DNA from: Curvularia clavata
Taxonomy: Eukaryota
Assembly: GCA_023920165.1 (NCBI GenBank)
Contig: CP089280.1
Location: 1,178,001-1,242,000 of the forward strand
Reading direction: 5' to 3'
DNA: 64,000 nucleotides
Below are positions 1-11,696 of this stretch, one piece after another (the first letter of the stretch is position 1; every line of letters begins with the position of its first letter). Made by a program: the position numbers and the translations under genes. The notes under the pieces were generated by a model. It did not search any database and had not been told where the DNA came from. It was given only the letters and a program-made list of their open reading frames with translations.

Positions 1-982
1 ACAATACCCTCCCTCCGCCAGTCGCTCGGCGATGCACGGGGTCGGACCTCATGCAGCAAGTCCGACACCGTGATCGAGTTGCCGCAGCCTGAGACACCGC
101 CGCCAGGCTACTCTTCCATGCCCCCAAGCGGATCCATTACACCACACAGGCTTTCTGCCGCTTTAGGGGGAGCAGAACTCGACTTTGCAGATGATGAATC
201 TGAAGGTCAAGCATCTTCGAGAGCCATGCCCCTGCAAACGCTTGGGGCTGAAGAGACGCATTCCGGCATTAGATGGAAATATGCTAGCCTAGGTATAGTG
301 GTTGTACTTGTTAGGGGAAATATGGTTGCTTACACAATTCTTAGGGACAACACTACTAAATCAAGCATGCAGGGAGTCAAATGCATCGACTAGTAGTTCC
401 GACGAGGCTTCCGCAACACTTACCCGACAATTGTACATCCACGGCATGACCTATCTGCTTCGAGGACTTCCGACAAAACTCACTCCAGAGGAGACGCTGA
501 GTCTACAGGCAGCTCTCCCGCAAGACCTTGCGGAAGCTGTGAACGACCCGAATGCGGGTGCACTCGTACGTGCCTCGGACCAGAAACTCAGCCCTTCACA
601 GAAGCCACCACAAAACCCTACCGTCCTACACCGCGTGACGGCGACGCTAGTCCTACAGCTGTTCCTTCTCATACAGTTTCTTCTGCCATACATTCGGCTT
701 TTCCTTGCACATGCTTATCGGTTTGAAAGAAAGCACCAAATCACTAAGCGACTTGTCAACACAAGCGTGGCAACTGTAGATGACATCGGGCGGAGAACAC
801 TGCGTTTCTCTCATACCGTGTGCCAGATGAACGACGGCATGGTTGGACAAGCCATCAACGACATGAGCATATGGTGGATAACAGGCGTGACTGGAGGGGT
901 TCGGCAGGGTCTTGCAGAGGGACTGCGAACCATGAAAGTGGCGGAAGCCCAGCGACGTGAGGGGTCAGAGGTGACGAATTAG
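1..982 (+). CDS. Hypothetical fungal protein, 5'-truncated by the window edge; intron 293-344
   Basis: The open frame from the window start joins ORF 302..982 through a GTATAG...GCTTAC...TTAG intron (IRWKYASL-G-TTLLNQA). Hydrophobic stretch LVLQLFLLIQFLLPYI. Confidence 0.7.
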
Positions 983-1392
983 AGAAGCATTTCTTTTCCT
1001 GTTTGCATTTGGGATGGCGCTTGAGCATTTCCATGGTTGCATAGGTCCATAGCGTTATGAATGACAATATCAAATGGGTTGATGAACGACTCTGTAATGG
1101 TGTTTTGCTTCTTTGGACCCTGGATGAGGTCTTGGCGGAGATGAAGATTCTTATCTTATCGGTGCGGGCAGCGGATTTCCTAGCAGGTGGTGGACTGTGC
1201 ACGTACCCGTCGAAAAAGTGAATGGCAAACTTTCTGGTCATCGACCGCCGCACACGTCTTTCTCTTGTTCCAAACCGCCTTCTTCATTGAGGCGCATAAC
1301 TCCGGATTTTCTATTCTTGTTTGTTTCATACATTCTAGATACCCGTACCATTCGTTTGGACTGCGTGCCGTTCCCACACACACCCACACACC

Positions 1393-3492
1393 ATGTTCGG
1401 CGCTGTAAGAAGATGCCCGTCGACCCTCTCGAGGAGTCTGGCAGCAATTTCAACCAGGACACTTCGCACCCCCCTCACACAGACTCCTGGCCTTCTCAGG
1501 ATACCGCTCCAGTCGTCGCGCCTCGCTAATGTCTCCGCCGCTGGCTTCCATCACAGCACAAAGTGGCAACAAATTGCAGCACAAGAGGCAGAGGAGAGTG
1601 TAGAGCAAGACGGGCCTGTTACAGAGTTCAAGGATCTTGCCACACGAGGACTTGTTCATCCCAATATTGTCAATACCATCACAAAGCAGATGAAACTCAC
1701 GACAATGACCGATGTTCAGACTAGAACCATAAACGAGGCTTTGAGCGGAGTAGACATGTAAGAAATCTTTCCCTACAACTGAAATAACCACCGACTGACA
1801 TTTCATAGCATTGCGCAAGCGAAGACCGGTACCGGCAAAACCCTCGGTTTCCTCATCCCCATCATACAGCGAATCATCCAAAACGACCCCAAACTTGGTG
1901 AGAAGGTTAGAGGTTACAAGCGCGCCAGGCCAGACGACATTAGGGCAATTGTCATCTCGCCCACTCGAGAACTTGCCGAACAAATTGCGGTTGAGGCAAG
2001 GAAAGTGGTTTCTGGAACTGGCATTGTCGTCCAGGTTGCGGTTGGAGGCACACAGAAGCGGGCCATGCTCCAGAAGACCCAGCGCGAAGGATGCCATCTC
2101 ATGATTGCAACTCCCGGACGACTCTATGATATCCTTTCTGACGAATACTCTGGAATTGCTGCACCAAAACTAAATGCGCTGGTCATGGACGAAGCAGACC
2201 GCCTGCTCGACGACGGTTTCCAGAAGGAGATTGATGAGATCAAGACCCTTCTTCCCGACCCGAAAGAGGTCGAACGCCAAAACTTGATGTTCTCCGCTAC
2301 TATCCCCCGCGACGTTGTGCACTTGGTCCGTGAGACTATGCGCCCCGGCTTCCATTTTGCCAAGTGTGTCAACGAAGATGAGGCACCCACGCACGAGCGG
2401 ATTCCTCAAAAGATGGTCATGGTTACAGGTTTTGAAAACAACATTCCTGCTCTCTATGAACTTGTTCTCAAGGAACACCAGAAGGCTCAGGCTGGCGAAA
2501 GCCGCCCCTTCAAGGCCATTATCTATTTCAACAGCACTGCCGAAGTCACGCTTGCGGCATCTGTATTCTACAAGCTTAGCGGCGGCTTCAAGCGCAACAC
2601 GCCTCTGCATGGCCTCCGCGGGTTTGAGATCCATGCCAAACTCAGCCAGGCCCAGCGAACAAGGGCAGCAGATGATTTCCGTTATGCCAAGTCTGGCATT
2701 CTGTTCTCGTCTGATGTGACGGCCCGTGGCATGGACTTCCCAGATGTTACCCACGTGATCCAAATGGGTCTTCCGCGGGAGCGTGAGTCGTACATTCACC
2801 GTCTCGGACGTACTGGTCGTGCCGGAAAGGAGGGCGAAGGCTGGTTGATTCTGACTCCATTTGAGAGGCAAGAGGTCCGCCGCCGTCTTCGCGACTTGCC
2901 TCTTGTCGATGCGACCCATGAGCTGGAGACTGCAACCGTCGACATGAGCCAGCCTGCCGAAGTCCCAGAGAATGTAGCCAAGATTCTGACCGACTGCGTC
3001 GAGGCACACAAGAAGGTGTATCCCGACCATCTAGATGCAGCATTCCGTGGTCTGTTTGGAAGCTACCAGTGGTATGGCGACAAGCATGGCCTGATTGAGG
3101 GCGCGAACCGACTGGCCGAGTTTGGCTGGGGCATGGAGACGCCGCCTCCACCACCAGCTTCCGTCTTTAGCGGCATGAAGCGAGGTGGCAGCGGCGGTAG
3201 CAGGGGATTCGGAGGCAGGCCAAGGAGTGGCTTTGGCGGCGACCGAAGAGGTGGAAGTGGATTCGGCGGAGACAGGAGAGGCGGATTCGGAGGCGACAGG
3301 AGAAGCGGTGGATTTGGCGGCGACCGCGGTGGTTTTGGAGGTGAACGAAGGAGCGGTGGCTTCGGTGACAGGAGCGGAGGAAGCGGCTTTGGAGACAGGA
3401 GAGGAGGAGGTGGCTTTGGAGGCGACAGGCGAGGCGATCGCGGTGGTTTTGGTGACCGACCCAGCAGGAGGGAGCCGCGACTGGACTTTTAA
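1393..3492 (+). CDS. MSS116: Mitochondrial DEAD-box RNA helicase (Mss116/CYT-19-like) with C-terminal RGG tail; intron 1758-1808
   Basis: Splicing restores [10 protein letters not shown] (motif I). Also SPTRELA, DEAD, SAT, ARGMD and HRLGRTGR motifs. Arg/Ser-rich, acid-poor N-terminal presequence. Confidence 0.88.
3181..3460 (+). repeat. Coding tandem [11 protein letters not shown] repeats
   Basis: About 8-9 imperfect GFG(G/D)xR units visible in the translation. Confidence 0.9.
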
Positions 3493-4046
3493 GGAAGCTG
3501 TGCCAAAAAGGAAAGGCTGCGCAAGAGTAGCTTTCCTTTTTTCGAGCACTTCTTCCTTTTGACGAAGTAACGGGTAACGCCTCTTGTGTCGTTTTTTCTT
3601 CTTCTCCGTCGTCATCCTGGCACCATATCATGTATTATATACTGTATACCCCCTTCCCTTTGGAACAAAAAGCTCTTTTCTTCTTCTCCTTTTCGCGCTT
3701 GTATTATGACTAGGGAAATTTGATGGGAGAAAGGAGAATGAGATCACTTGGGAAAGAATGACTATAGTTATGGATGCAAGGGAGGGCGCTGAGGCGTTGT
3801 TATGCGGACGATTTGTTGCCATATCTGTACGTGTGTGTATGGGTTACCCTCTCTTCTCTCTCTTTGTCATGATAATCATTTTATTCGCTCTACACTTGGG
3901 AAGGAAAAGAAAGGAATGACCAATATGTGTATTCTCCTACTATCTGTGCATTGAAACATAAAATAGGCATCAGGATATCTATATTAAAAACAGTGCATGC
4001 TAGAATACCATCTCATCTTCTCTTCAGACTACCACGTATCCTTAGT

Positions 4047-5152
4047 TCATAGTGAAACCAAGTCCAACTTCTCCCTCTCCTCATCGACCAACCTTTTAAA
4101 CTCATCAAACGCTTCTTTGGGCATCGGATAAGTATGTTCCTTAGCGGGGTATTGGCGACTCTTCACCTCATCCTTGTACTGCTGGAGAGCCCCCAGGGCT
4201 TCTCCCCAGACATTCCCGTATTTTTTTACAAACTTAGGTAAGAAGCGGCCCGGCGGGAAGTTCCCAAGCATATCTACCTGGACAAGGACCTGGCCGGAGC
4301 ACCCGTTGCCTGCACCAATCCCAATGGTGGGGATGGAAAGTTGCTTAGTTACTACTTCCGCAACTTCAGCGGGGACAGCTTCAAGGACGACGGCAAAGGC
4401 GCCTGCTTCTTGGACGGCGAGAGCGTCGGAAAGGAGGTTCAGGGCTGAGGTGGTGGATTTGCCTTGAACGCGGAAGCCGCCGAGGGCGTTCTGACGCTGG
4501 GGCGTGAGACCGACGTGAGCAAGGACAGGGATACCGGCAGACGTGATTTTGGAGATGGTAGGGGCCATTTCGGCGCCGCCTTCAAGCTTGACGGATTTGA
4601 CGCGCCCGGTTTTGATCATGGTGATGGCGGAAGTGAGGGCTTGTGCGGGTGAGACTTCGTAGGTTCCCATGGGGAGGTCGCCGACCTAAGCGTGATTTAG
4701 TATGGTGGTTGGTAGAGGAAAGAAGGGGGGTAACAAGAAAGGAAGAGGGAGGGGATAAGTACCGTGAAAGCGGACTTAGTTGCGCGTGCCACCGACTTGC
4801 AGTGAAGAAGCATCTCCTCCATCAAGACTTCGCTTGTGTCTTCCATTCCGAGGGCGACCATGGCTAAACTGTCGCCAACAAGTATCATGTCCATGCCGGC
4901 ATGGTCGGCGACATGTGCGCTGGGAAAGTCATGGGCAGTGACCATGGTAATTGGTTCACCCTTACGGTAGAGACTTTGTAGTGTGTTGAGGGTGACAGGT
5001 TTGCGGGCGTTGGCAGGCGCCGCACCTAACGGAGAGTGGGAGCTCCATCGGACCTGGTCGGCAGGCAGTACTGTACGTGGGAGTATCAGGGGCGAGTATG
5101 TTGGTGTTGGTCGCAACGATAGTCGCAGAGTGTTGAAAAGGGCACGTGACAT
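4047..5152 (-). CDS. ECM31: 3-methyl-2-oxobutanoate (ketopantoate) hydroxymethyltransferase, mitochondrial; intron 4686-4762
   Basis: PanB motifs ITMVTAHD, LVGDSLAM, (V)GDLPMGTY, VKLEGG, HVGLTPQ and GIGAG..SGQVLV. N-terminal presequence. Confidence 0.93.
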
Positions 5153-6488
5153 TGTGACGGCACTGGAAATGCAGCAGCAGCACTGATGTAATTTTTTGAG
5201 GGAAAAAAATTGTGTTGCAGCAGAGGAGAGAATAGAAGAGAAGGGCGGTCAGTCATGATTTAGCGCGGCGAGCGTTCTCTTATGTTTTTGGCATTGTGAT
5301 GATATCTTCAGCGAAGTTTTGAGCAGACGTTGTTTAGCTGAGAATGTACCGAGGGTCAGCTTTTGGCCGAGCTGGCAGGGGTTTTCCTGGTGCCAAGACG
5401 CCCGGCAAGCGCATGGCTCGCATCCCCTGTTCAAAGGCAAGTTGCTCAGCTTCTCCAGTGTTTTCGGTATTCGACTTATTATTTGGTTTGCAGTTCTCTC
5501 TGGCAGAGGATGTTGTCTTTGAACAAGGGGTGTTGTTGGACAAGCGGTGAACAGGGACGGGAGACTCGGGGAAGCTGCGGCATTGCTCCACACTGATTGG
5601 GCCGTCCCCGTCTCCGATCTCCAAATGCAGATCCCGAATCTAACCAAGAGCGAGGAGGTGTTGGTAAGCGCGTATGTCTTGAGGTACTACAAGTATGTAG
5701 TTGTCTAGGTATGAAAGACTACTTGACAGCATGTAGTCATGTAAAGGATTGGGAGCCGCCCTTCCTAGGACTCGACTGCTTGATGGCTGTTTAGTGCAGA
5801 TCGATAAGAGCGAACAACGCCTGAGCGCATGTATGGGTATATGTAGATATGAGCATAGAGAGAGAGCACTGAGCTTGTAGTGTAATATCTGGTATGGTCA
5901 GAGTTGCTTGGGCTGTGAGCACTGTATTGTCCACTGTTGTAGAGGTGAGCCATATCGACTACCAGGAGGTTGTCTGCGCTTACCTAAACATCAGATATAT
6001 GAATATTGCACAGTGTCAGACCAATAAGCATTCATACCGCAGACAATCTGCATAAATCATGCGTTTGGGACCGAGTCGTGGACTTGAGTACTCGGCGGCG
6101 TGCCATGTCTCGCCGATGGCTTGGGTGGGTGAGACGTGCGCAATCGTGATACGACGCCATCATCGCTCGTGATCTCGTGACGACTCCCACTCTCCCTCCC
6201 ACCTGCCTGTTCCTGGCTACTAGCACACAAAGACACGACACCAACACGTATATACCAAACATATACCAAGCTTCAAGCTACGAACGCCTCCACTCGCCCA
6301 GCCCAGTACGAACAGTCGCCGAACGAGCGCACCCCTCTTCCACTATCGATAGCCCCGCCGCCCGCCTCACAGCTCCTCCACCACCCCGACCTGCGCAACA
6401 CGCCACAAGTCTCCCTACAAGCCCAGCTGCGATACCAAGGCTCCCAAATCCACATCTGCATAAGTTTTCATAAATAGCCTGCCTCAAA

Positions 6489-7524
6489 ATGAGTTCGCCA
6501 AAGAGACGTATCGAGACGGATGTATGTTGAACCTATGACACCAGTAACCACCCGTGGTTGAAGAACAAGAGCTAATCAACGATGTTGCCGATATAAACAG
6601 GTCATGAAGTATGTCGCATATATGTCTGCTGAAGCTGGGCCATGCTAACAAGTGAATAGGATGTATGTTGCGCAGTCTGCCACTTGACTCAACGTTTCGC
6701 GCCGCCTCCGTGGCGACAGCCAGAGCCCCTGCTAACAGCGCGCAGGCTCATGAGTGACTACGAAGTGACTCTGGTCAACGACAACAGTAAGCGGCAGTCA
6801 ATCTACCTCAAAAAGGCTCAGCTGACAGTTTCCAGTGTTAGTCTATCCTACCGCTCCATCTTGCGCCTGCCCAAACACTGACATGCCGTAGGCAAGAGTT
6901 CTATGTTAGGTTCAAGGGCCCGTCAGAAAGTATGTCGATCTTTTCGCACCTTGGCTTTGGTACTTTACTAAGGTCCTATAGCTCCTTTCGAAGGCGGTCT
7001 CTGGAAGATCCACGTCGAGCTCCCAGACCAATATCCCTACAAGAGCCCTAGCATCGGCTTCGTCAACAGGATATTCCACCCCAACATCGACGAGCTGTAC
7101 GTCAGCCCTTCTTTTGTCCCCCTTTGACCAATATCCTAACAAAAACAGTTCTGGCTCCGTCTGTCTCGACGTCATTAACCAAACCTGGTCGCCCATGTAC
7201 GACATGATCAACATCTTCGAAGTATTCCTTCCTCAGCTCCTTCGGTACCCCAACCCGACCGATCCCCTGAACGGGGAAGCTGCTGCTCTTCTCATGAGGG
7301 AGCCCAAGAGCTATGACGCCAAGGTCAAAGGTGTGTAAAGTGATAACCACCCGTTAGTACGTCACAGTGCTGAACAACAAACAGAGTACGTCCAAAAGTA
7401 TGCCAGCAAGGATACTGCCGAAGATTCCGACAAGGATGACGGTGATGACGACGAGATGAGCTCTGTCGGCAGCTATGAATCAGGAGATGAAGATGGCGCA
7501 GCAGGCAACATGGACGATATCTAA
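6489..7524 (+). CDS. UBC8: Ubiquitin-conjugating enzyme E2 Ubc8/UBE2H. Exons 6489-6521, 6601-6608, 6660-6662, 6746-6786, 6836, 6892-6929, 6982-7096, 7149-7330, 7385-7524 (561 nt, 186 aa)
   Basis: Spliced product [39 protein letters not shown]...[23 protein letters not shown]...DPLNGEAA with an acidic tail. All introns are GT-AG and nearly all have a clear CTRAC-type branch point. Confidence 0.93.
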
Positions 7525-8290
7525 TCAAGCATACTAAGCTTGGCCGGCCTTCCTCTGTATCTCTTATGTCCTTTCTTTTTGATTTTCTCATGGCGGGACG
7601 TTCGAGGCGCTAGTGTGGCGCAGATATAGGCTGCGTCTCTGCATATTTCCCTCTCTTGGACTGTATGGATTGGTTAAAGACTTGGCTCTATTGATTGGCG
7701 TTCTCTATCATACTCTTTACTGTCGTATGTAATGGCAAGTATCATTTCTGCCCATGCTCTGTGCGAGAGGGCCACACTGTAATCCTCATCCCCGTATGTC
7801 AACATGCGATATCAGTATCAGGTGCGGTGTTGTATTTCATAAAATATATGCACCACATGTCCTAACACCTTCCTACATAACTCACATGTTCATAACTGTT
7901 TAAGCCTTGTCATGCCCGTTTGCTGTCAGTACCTACCATGCTAGTCAAGTTCGATCCTCCATGAGACAACAGGACAAACATGTTTACGACACGATGCTGA
8001 TAGTCTATAGCTGATAACCGAAGTCTCATGCTCACCCTTCATGGTTTCGGATGGTGATTGCTGGTCTTAGTGAAAGTTGACGTCACGGGACTCCTATTTC
8101 ACTCCTGTGAGACTGCGCTAATTGAAGCAAACAAATTGTCATCTCTAGCCTGTAACCGTGTTTATATAACCAGTCGCCACCACAACTCCCTGACAATAGC
8201 CAAAACAAACAGTCCAAGGCCAGCACCATAACTCTTTCATCCGTTCCTAGTTCAACCTACCGTCCCAAAGCTCAGTTGTTCAAGTTCGGC

Positions 8291-9073
8291 ATGGCTCCTC
8301 TCAGAGACAACCGCAACAATGATGGCACGCGGAACCGTCAATTGCTCAACGCGCACACTGGTGCCGGTGTCAACGCCAACCGCCCTGCTGCAATTTGTGG
8401 CCGAGGAGGAAGTAGCCGCACCACTGGAAGTTCGAGAAGGGCTGCTCCTGGCAATCAGCGCGGCAACCAACGCCGCAGTCCCGTATCGACTCCGGGCAGA
8501 CGCATCGCGGAGCGTCTAAACTTCGAGAGTAATCGGCGCCGCCGAGTCGAAGAAGATGCCACCAGCAGTAACGATGCCAGGCCTCAAGCTCAGCACAATC
8601 GCTCTGGGCAGCATCCTTCTGCCAACATCTCTGCTCGAGAGAGCATTGTGAGTATCTCGCTGCGCCACCAACAATTCATCCCCAACCCCCATTCTACCGT
8701 GACCCGTGGCTCATGCTTAGAAAAACGCTTTAAACAGCGCACTCCCGCCAACGTGTCTACTCAAGAGACACAAGCAAGAGAAACACCTCGCCCCCGTTCC
8801 ACCACCACCACCACCACCTACAACACCTTCCTTCGTGCGTCTACCGCACCAAACCTTTCCTCCATCTTCGCTCCCCCTCCTTCTCCTCCCTCTCCTCCCA
8901 TTTCTGCTGCTGCGTCTAGACGCCAGCACGACGACGCTGCGGCCGCGCGAAGGGCATTTTCAAACCCCAACCTTCGCGCCATCATGTCCAACAAGCCGTA
9001 TCCTCGGCAGAGGAAGAAGGCCTTGTCCGAGAGGCCCATCCTCAAGCAAGGGCTGAAGAAGGAGTACAAGTAG
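8291..9073 (+). CDS. Hypothetical low-complexity Arg/Pro/Ser-rich protein; possible in-frame intron from 8648
   Basis: Long ORF preceded by TATATAA (~8163) and an A/C-rich leader. GTGAGT donor at 8648. No recognisable domain. Confidence 0.45.
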   Translation: MAPLRDNRNNDGTRNRQLLNAHTGAGVNANRPAAICGRGGSSRTTGSSRRAAPGNQRGNQRRSPVSTPGRRIAERLNFESNRRRRVEEDATSSNDARPQAQHNRSGQHPSANISARESIVSISLRHQQFIPNPHSTVTRGSCLEKRFKQRTPANVSTQETQARETPRPRSTTTTTTYNTFLRASTAPNLSSIFAPPPSPPSPPISAAASRRQHDDAAAARRAFSNPNLRAIMSNKPYPRQRKKALSERPILKQGLKKEYK

Positions 9074-9986
9074 GCTTTTTTTCTCTGTCTGTTTTTTTCC
9101 CTTTTTTTTTCGAAGCAGAGAAGGATGATTAGGTGTGAGGGGGGAGTTTCTTATAAGAGAAAGAGAGAGAGGGTGTATGAAGAGAGAATGGGAAGTCATG
9201 AGCATGGGCGTTTATATGGGGAGTTTGGGATTGTATGGAGGTGTATTATATTGTAGAGTATAAGTTTAAAAATTGTATTCTATTGTATGTTTTTTAATAT
9301 ATTGTATGGTTTACGCTTTAAGGTTTCTAAAAACGTTTCCTCATTTCTGACTAGACTTGGCTGGAGACATTCTTCATGCTGTAACGGACGCACTTAGGGT
9401 TGGTGATTGTGAGGGGAAGGAGTATAGCAGATAAGATCTGCAAAGGTTCGAGGTGAGTGAATGTTTTCAACCTTACTGCCATTATCTCCCCGCTTTGGCC
9501 TCGATTTACAACAAAGTGAGCCTTTTGTTGATGAGATAACAAAACTGCATGTGCATCGCATACTACAGGTCCTGTGGCACAGCTATCACAAGACTGATAC
9601 GGAACTCAGTTATTGTCAGCCAAAGTCAGCCTTGCATCTCCCCCACGCAACACATATTACAGCACTTGAGATCTGCTAGTTTTTTTACCAAAATCGGTGC
9701 CTTGAAACTGGAGGCGCAGTCCGCAGGAAGTACATTTGCCTGAGGTGAGGTTGTTTACCCCGCCACATATGCATGATGAGTTCGCAAGATGGTGAGGGCC
9801 TCGTAAAGCTGGTTGGTTGGAGTCATGTGTATTGCAGAACTGCCTGTTCACCGGTCAATATGTGTCTATGGTATGTTTCTGGGGAGCTTGCGTGGCTTAG
9901 ATGCTCTTTGAGTTCTATATAGCCATGTCTTCCGAGCCTTGTCGTGTTCCAAAGATACCTCTTTCTTTTCGACGTCTTTCGAAAGT

Positions 9987-11431
9987 ATGGAACCTTTCAG
10001 TGTTGCAGCAGCGGCAATCACATTAGGCCCGCTTGTTTTCCAAACAGCCCGCCAGCTCCGTAGCGTGGCCAAATCCATCAAGTATGCCCGGAGCGAACTC
10101 GAAGATCTCACTGATGAGATGAGCATGTTCTCAATTTTTTACGATCAATTTATGCAAGTTACAGAAGAAAGAATGAATAAGACAAAGCATGCAGCATCAG
10201 CGAGAAAGCGATTAGTATCTTGGGCCGAGAGTGCAAAATACGACTTCAAGAAATTATCTCGGCGAGTGGACGCTTTGTCTCGGGACCCCATTTACGAACA
10301 TTCAGTCACCGAGACGGTCTCTGCTCATTGCAAGTGGTACTTTAACAAAAGTAACTTGAAGTATCTGCGCTACACTCTTGTCGTGGCTAGGCAAAGTATG
10401 GTTGGCTTTACACACATGTGTAACATTGAGATACTGAACGATATTTTGGCCCGTCTGAGATCTGGTACCACATCCGACCAAAGGGCCAAGATTGAACAAG
10501 AGCAGGGTGTGACGTTGGAGCAATACATAATACTTCTCAAAGCCAAAAAGTGAGTCTGAGAACTACGAGAAACTGAATGAATCTAACATTTCATAGGAAG
10601 CAACTCCGCAAACAGACTACTTTCACAAACGATATTGCGCAGGAAGCTATAAAAAAGATTTCTTCTAGGCAATCACGCAGTCAGAATGAGGATTATTCCA
10701 CGCATACCGAGCAACTACTGAGCTTCTCAAGAACGGTAGACCGACAAATTGAACGAACCCTGCATCCCACAAGGTCGAGCGAGAAGAGTTCGCAATCTCA
10801 CTCAAGCTCACGCCCCGATGCAGGCATAAGCCCTGATTCAGGCTCAAATACCGGTTCAAGCTCACGCACTAGTTCAAACTCAAATTCTGATCCAAGCTCA
10901 CTGAGCACCATGGGATCAAACAGAACGGACTCCCCTCCTTATTTCTCTACACATTATGTACACATCCAACACAGTCAACCCACCGTTGACCAAATGCACC
11001 AGGGTCATCGCCGATATACTAGACCGGATATAGCAAGTCAAAAAGCAGCAAGACTAAGTAATGAAGCAGAAAGAACAGGGACAAATGCAGCAAGGCAAAC
11101 GAACGAAGCAGAAAAAACGAGAATTGATCCAAATCACACTCCACCTTTGTCAGTTCCAGGGCGCAGCAATGACATGCATCAATCGAGACCGGGTACTGAT
11201 ACAAATATACACGTACCTATCGAGCCGCCTAGAGCACCAAAAAAACACCGTTCAGACAGTACCGATGGCGTGGTTGGAGCAGAAAATGGAGAGAGCCCTG
11301 GATCTGGAAGAGATGAGGAGATCGCGAATGATCAAGCTACGTTTACCGCAAATACTAAATGGCGAGCAACAGGCCCTTTTGAGGGAACAGAGCCACGTCA
11401 AATACGAGAAAAGCGAGAGAAAGGTTTGTAG
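9987..11431 (+). CDS. Protein with fungal HeLo-like/STAND-type N-terminal helical domain and a disordered C-terminus; intron 10550-10596
   Basis: MEPFSVAAAAITLG...IKYARSELEDLTDEM resembles the fungal MEPLS-A-type N-terminal domain. A GTGAGT...TCTAAC...TAG intron joins the two ORFs in frame. Confidence 0.65.
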
Positions 11432-11696
11432 TTCATGGACCATAACCAGAGCAAAGCGTGGGAAGAATGAAAGGGAGTAGATTCAGGAATGGGCTCCATG
11501 AATTTTCACTTATTTAGGTTCGGTTGGCGTGTAGAATTAAGTAATGTCACAAGAAGAAACAGAACTATAGTACAAGAATGGCTAATATTATGAAGGTGGT
11601 ATATTGTCTCAAGAGCTATCATCGCCGACTCGAATCTCCTAACCCACTAGAAAACTCAAGCCTATATCTCACGCCAATACTTAAGCATCCAACTTG

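Noticed and set aside
2170..3631. Long antisense and alternate-frame ORFs over the DEAD-box helicase
   Set aside because: These are explained by codon bias and the GC-rich RGG repeat.
5296..5341. Box C / box D pair as a stand-alone snoRNA
   Set aside because: It spans only about 45 nt and has no recognisable rRNA guide; it is retained only as part of the structured-segment finding.
5336..5352. GCTGAGAATGTACCG resembling the TPP riboswitch J3/2 segment
   Set aside because: The downstream TGATCnGGnTAATnCCnGCG core is missing, and there is no thiamine gene nearby.
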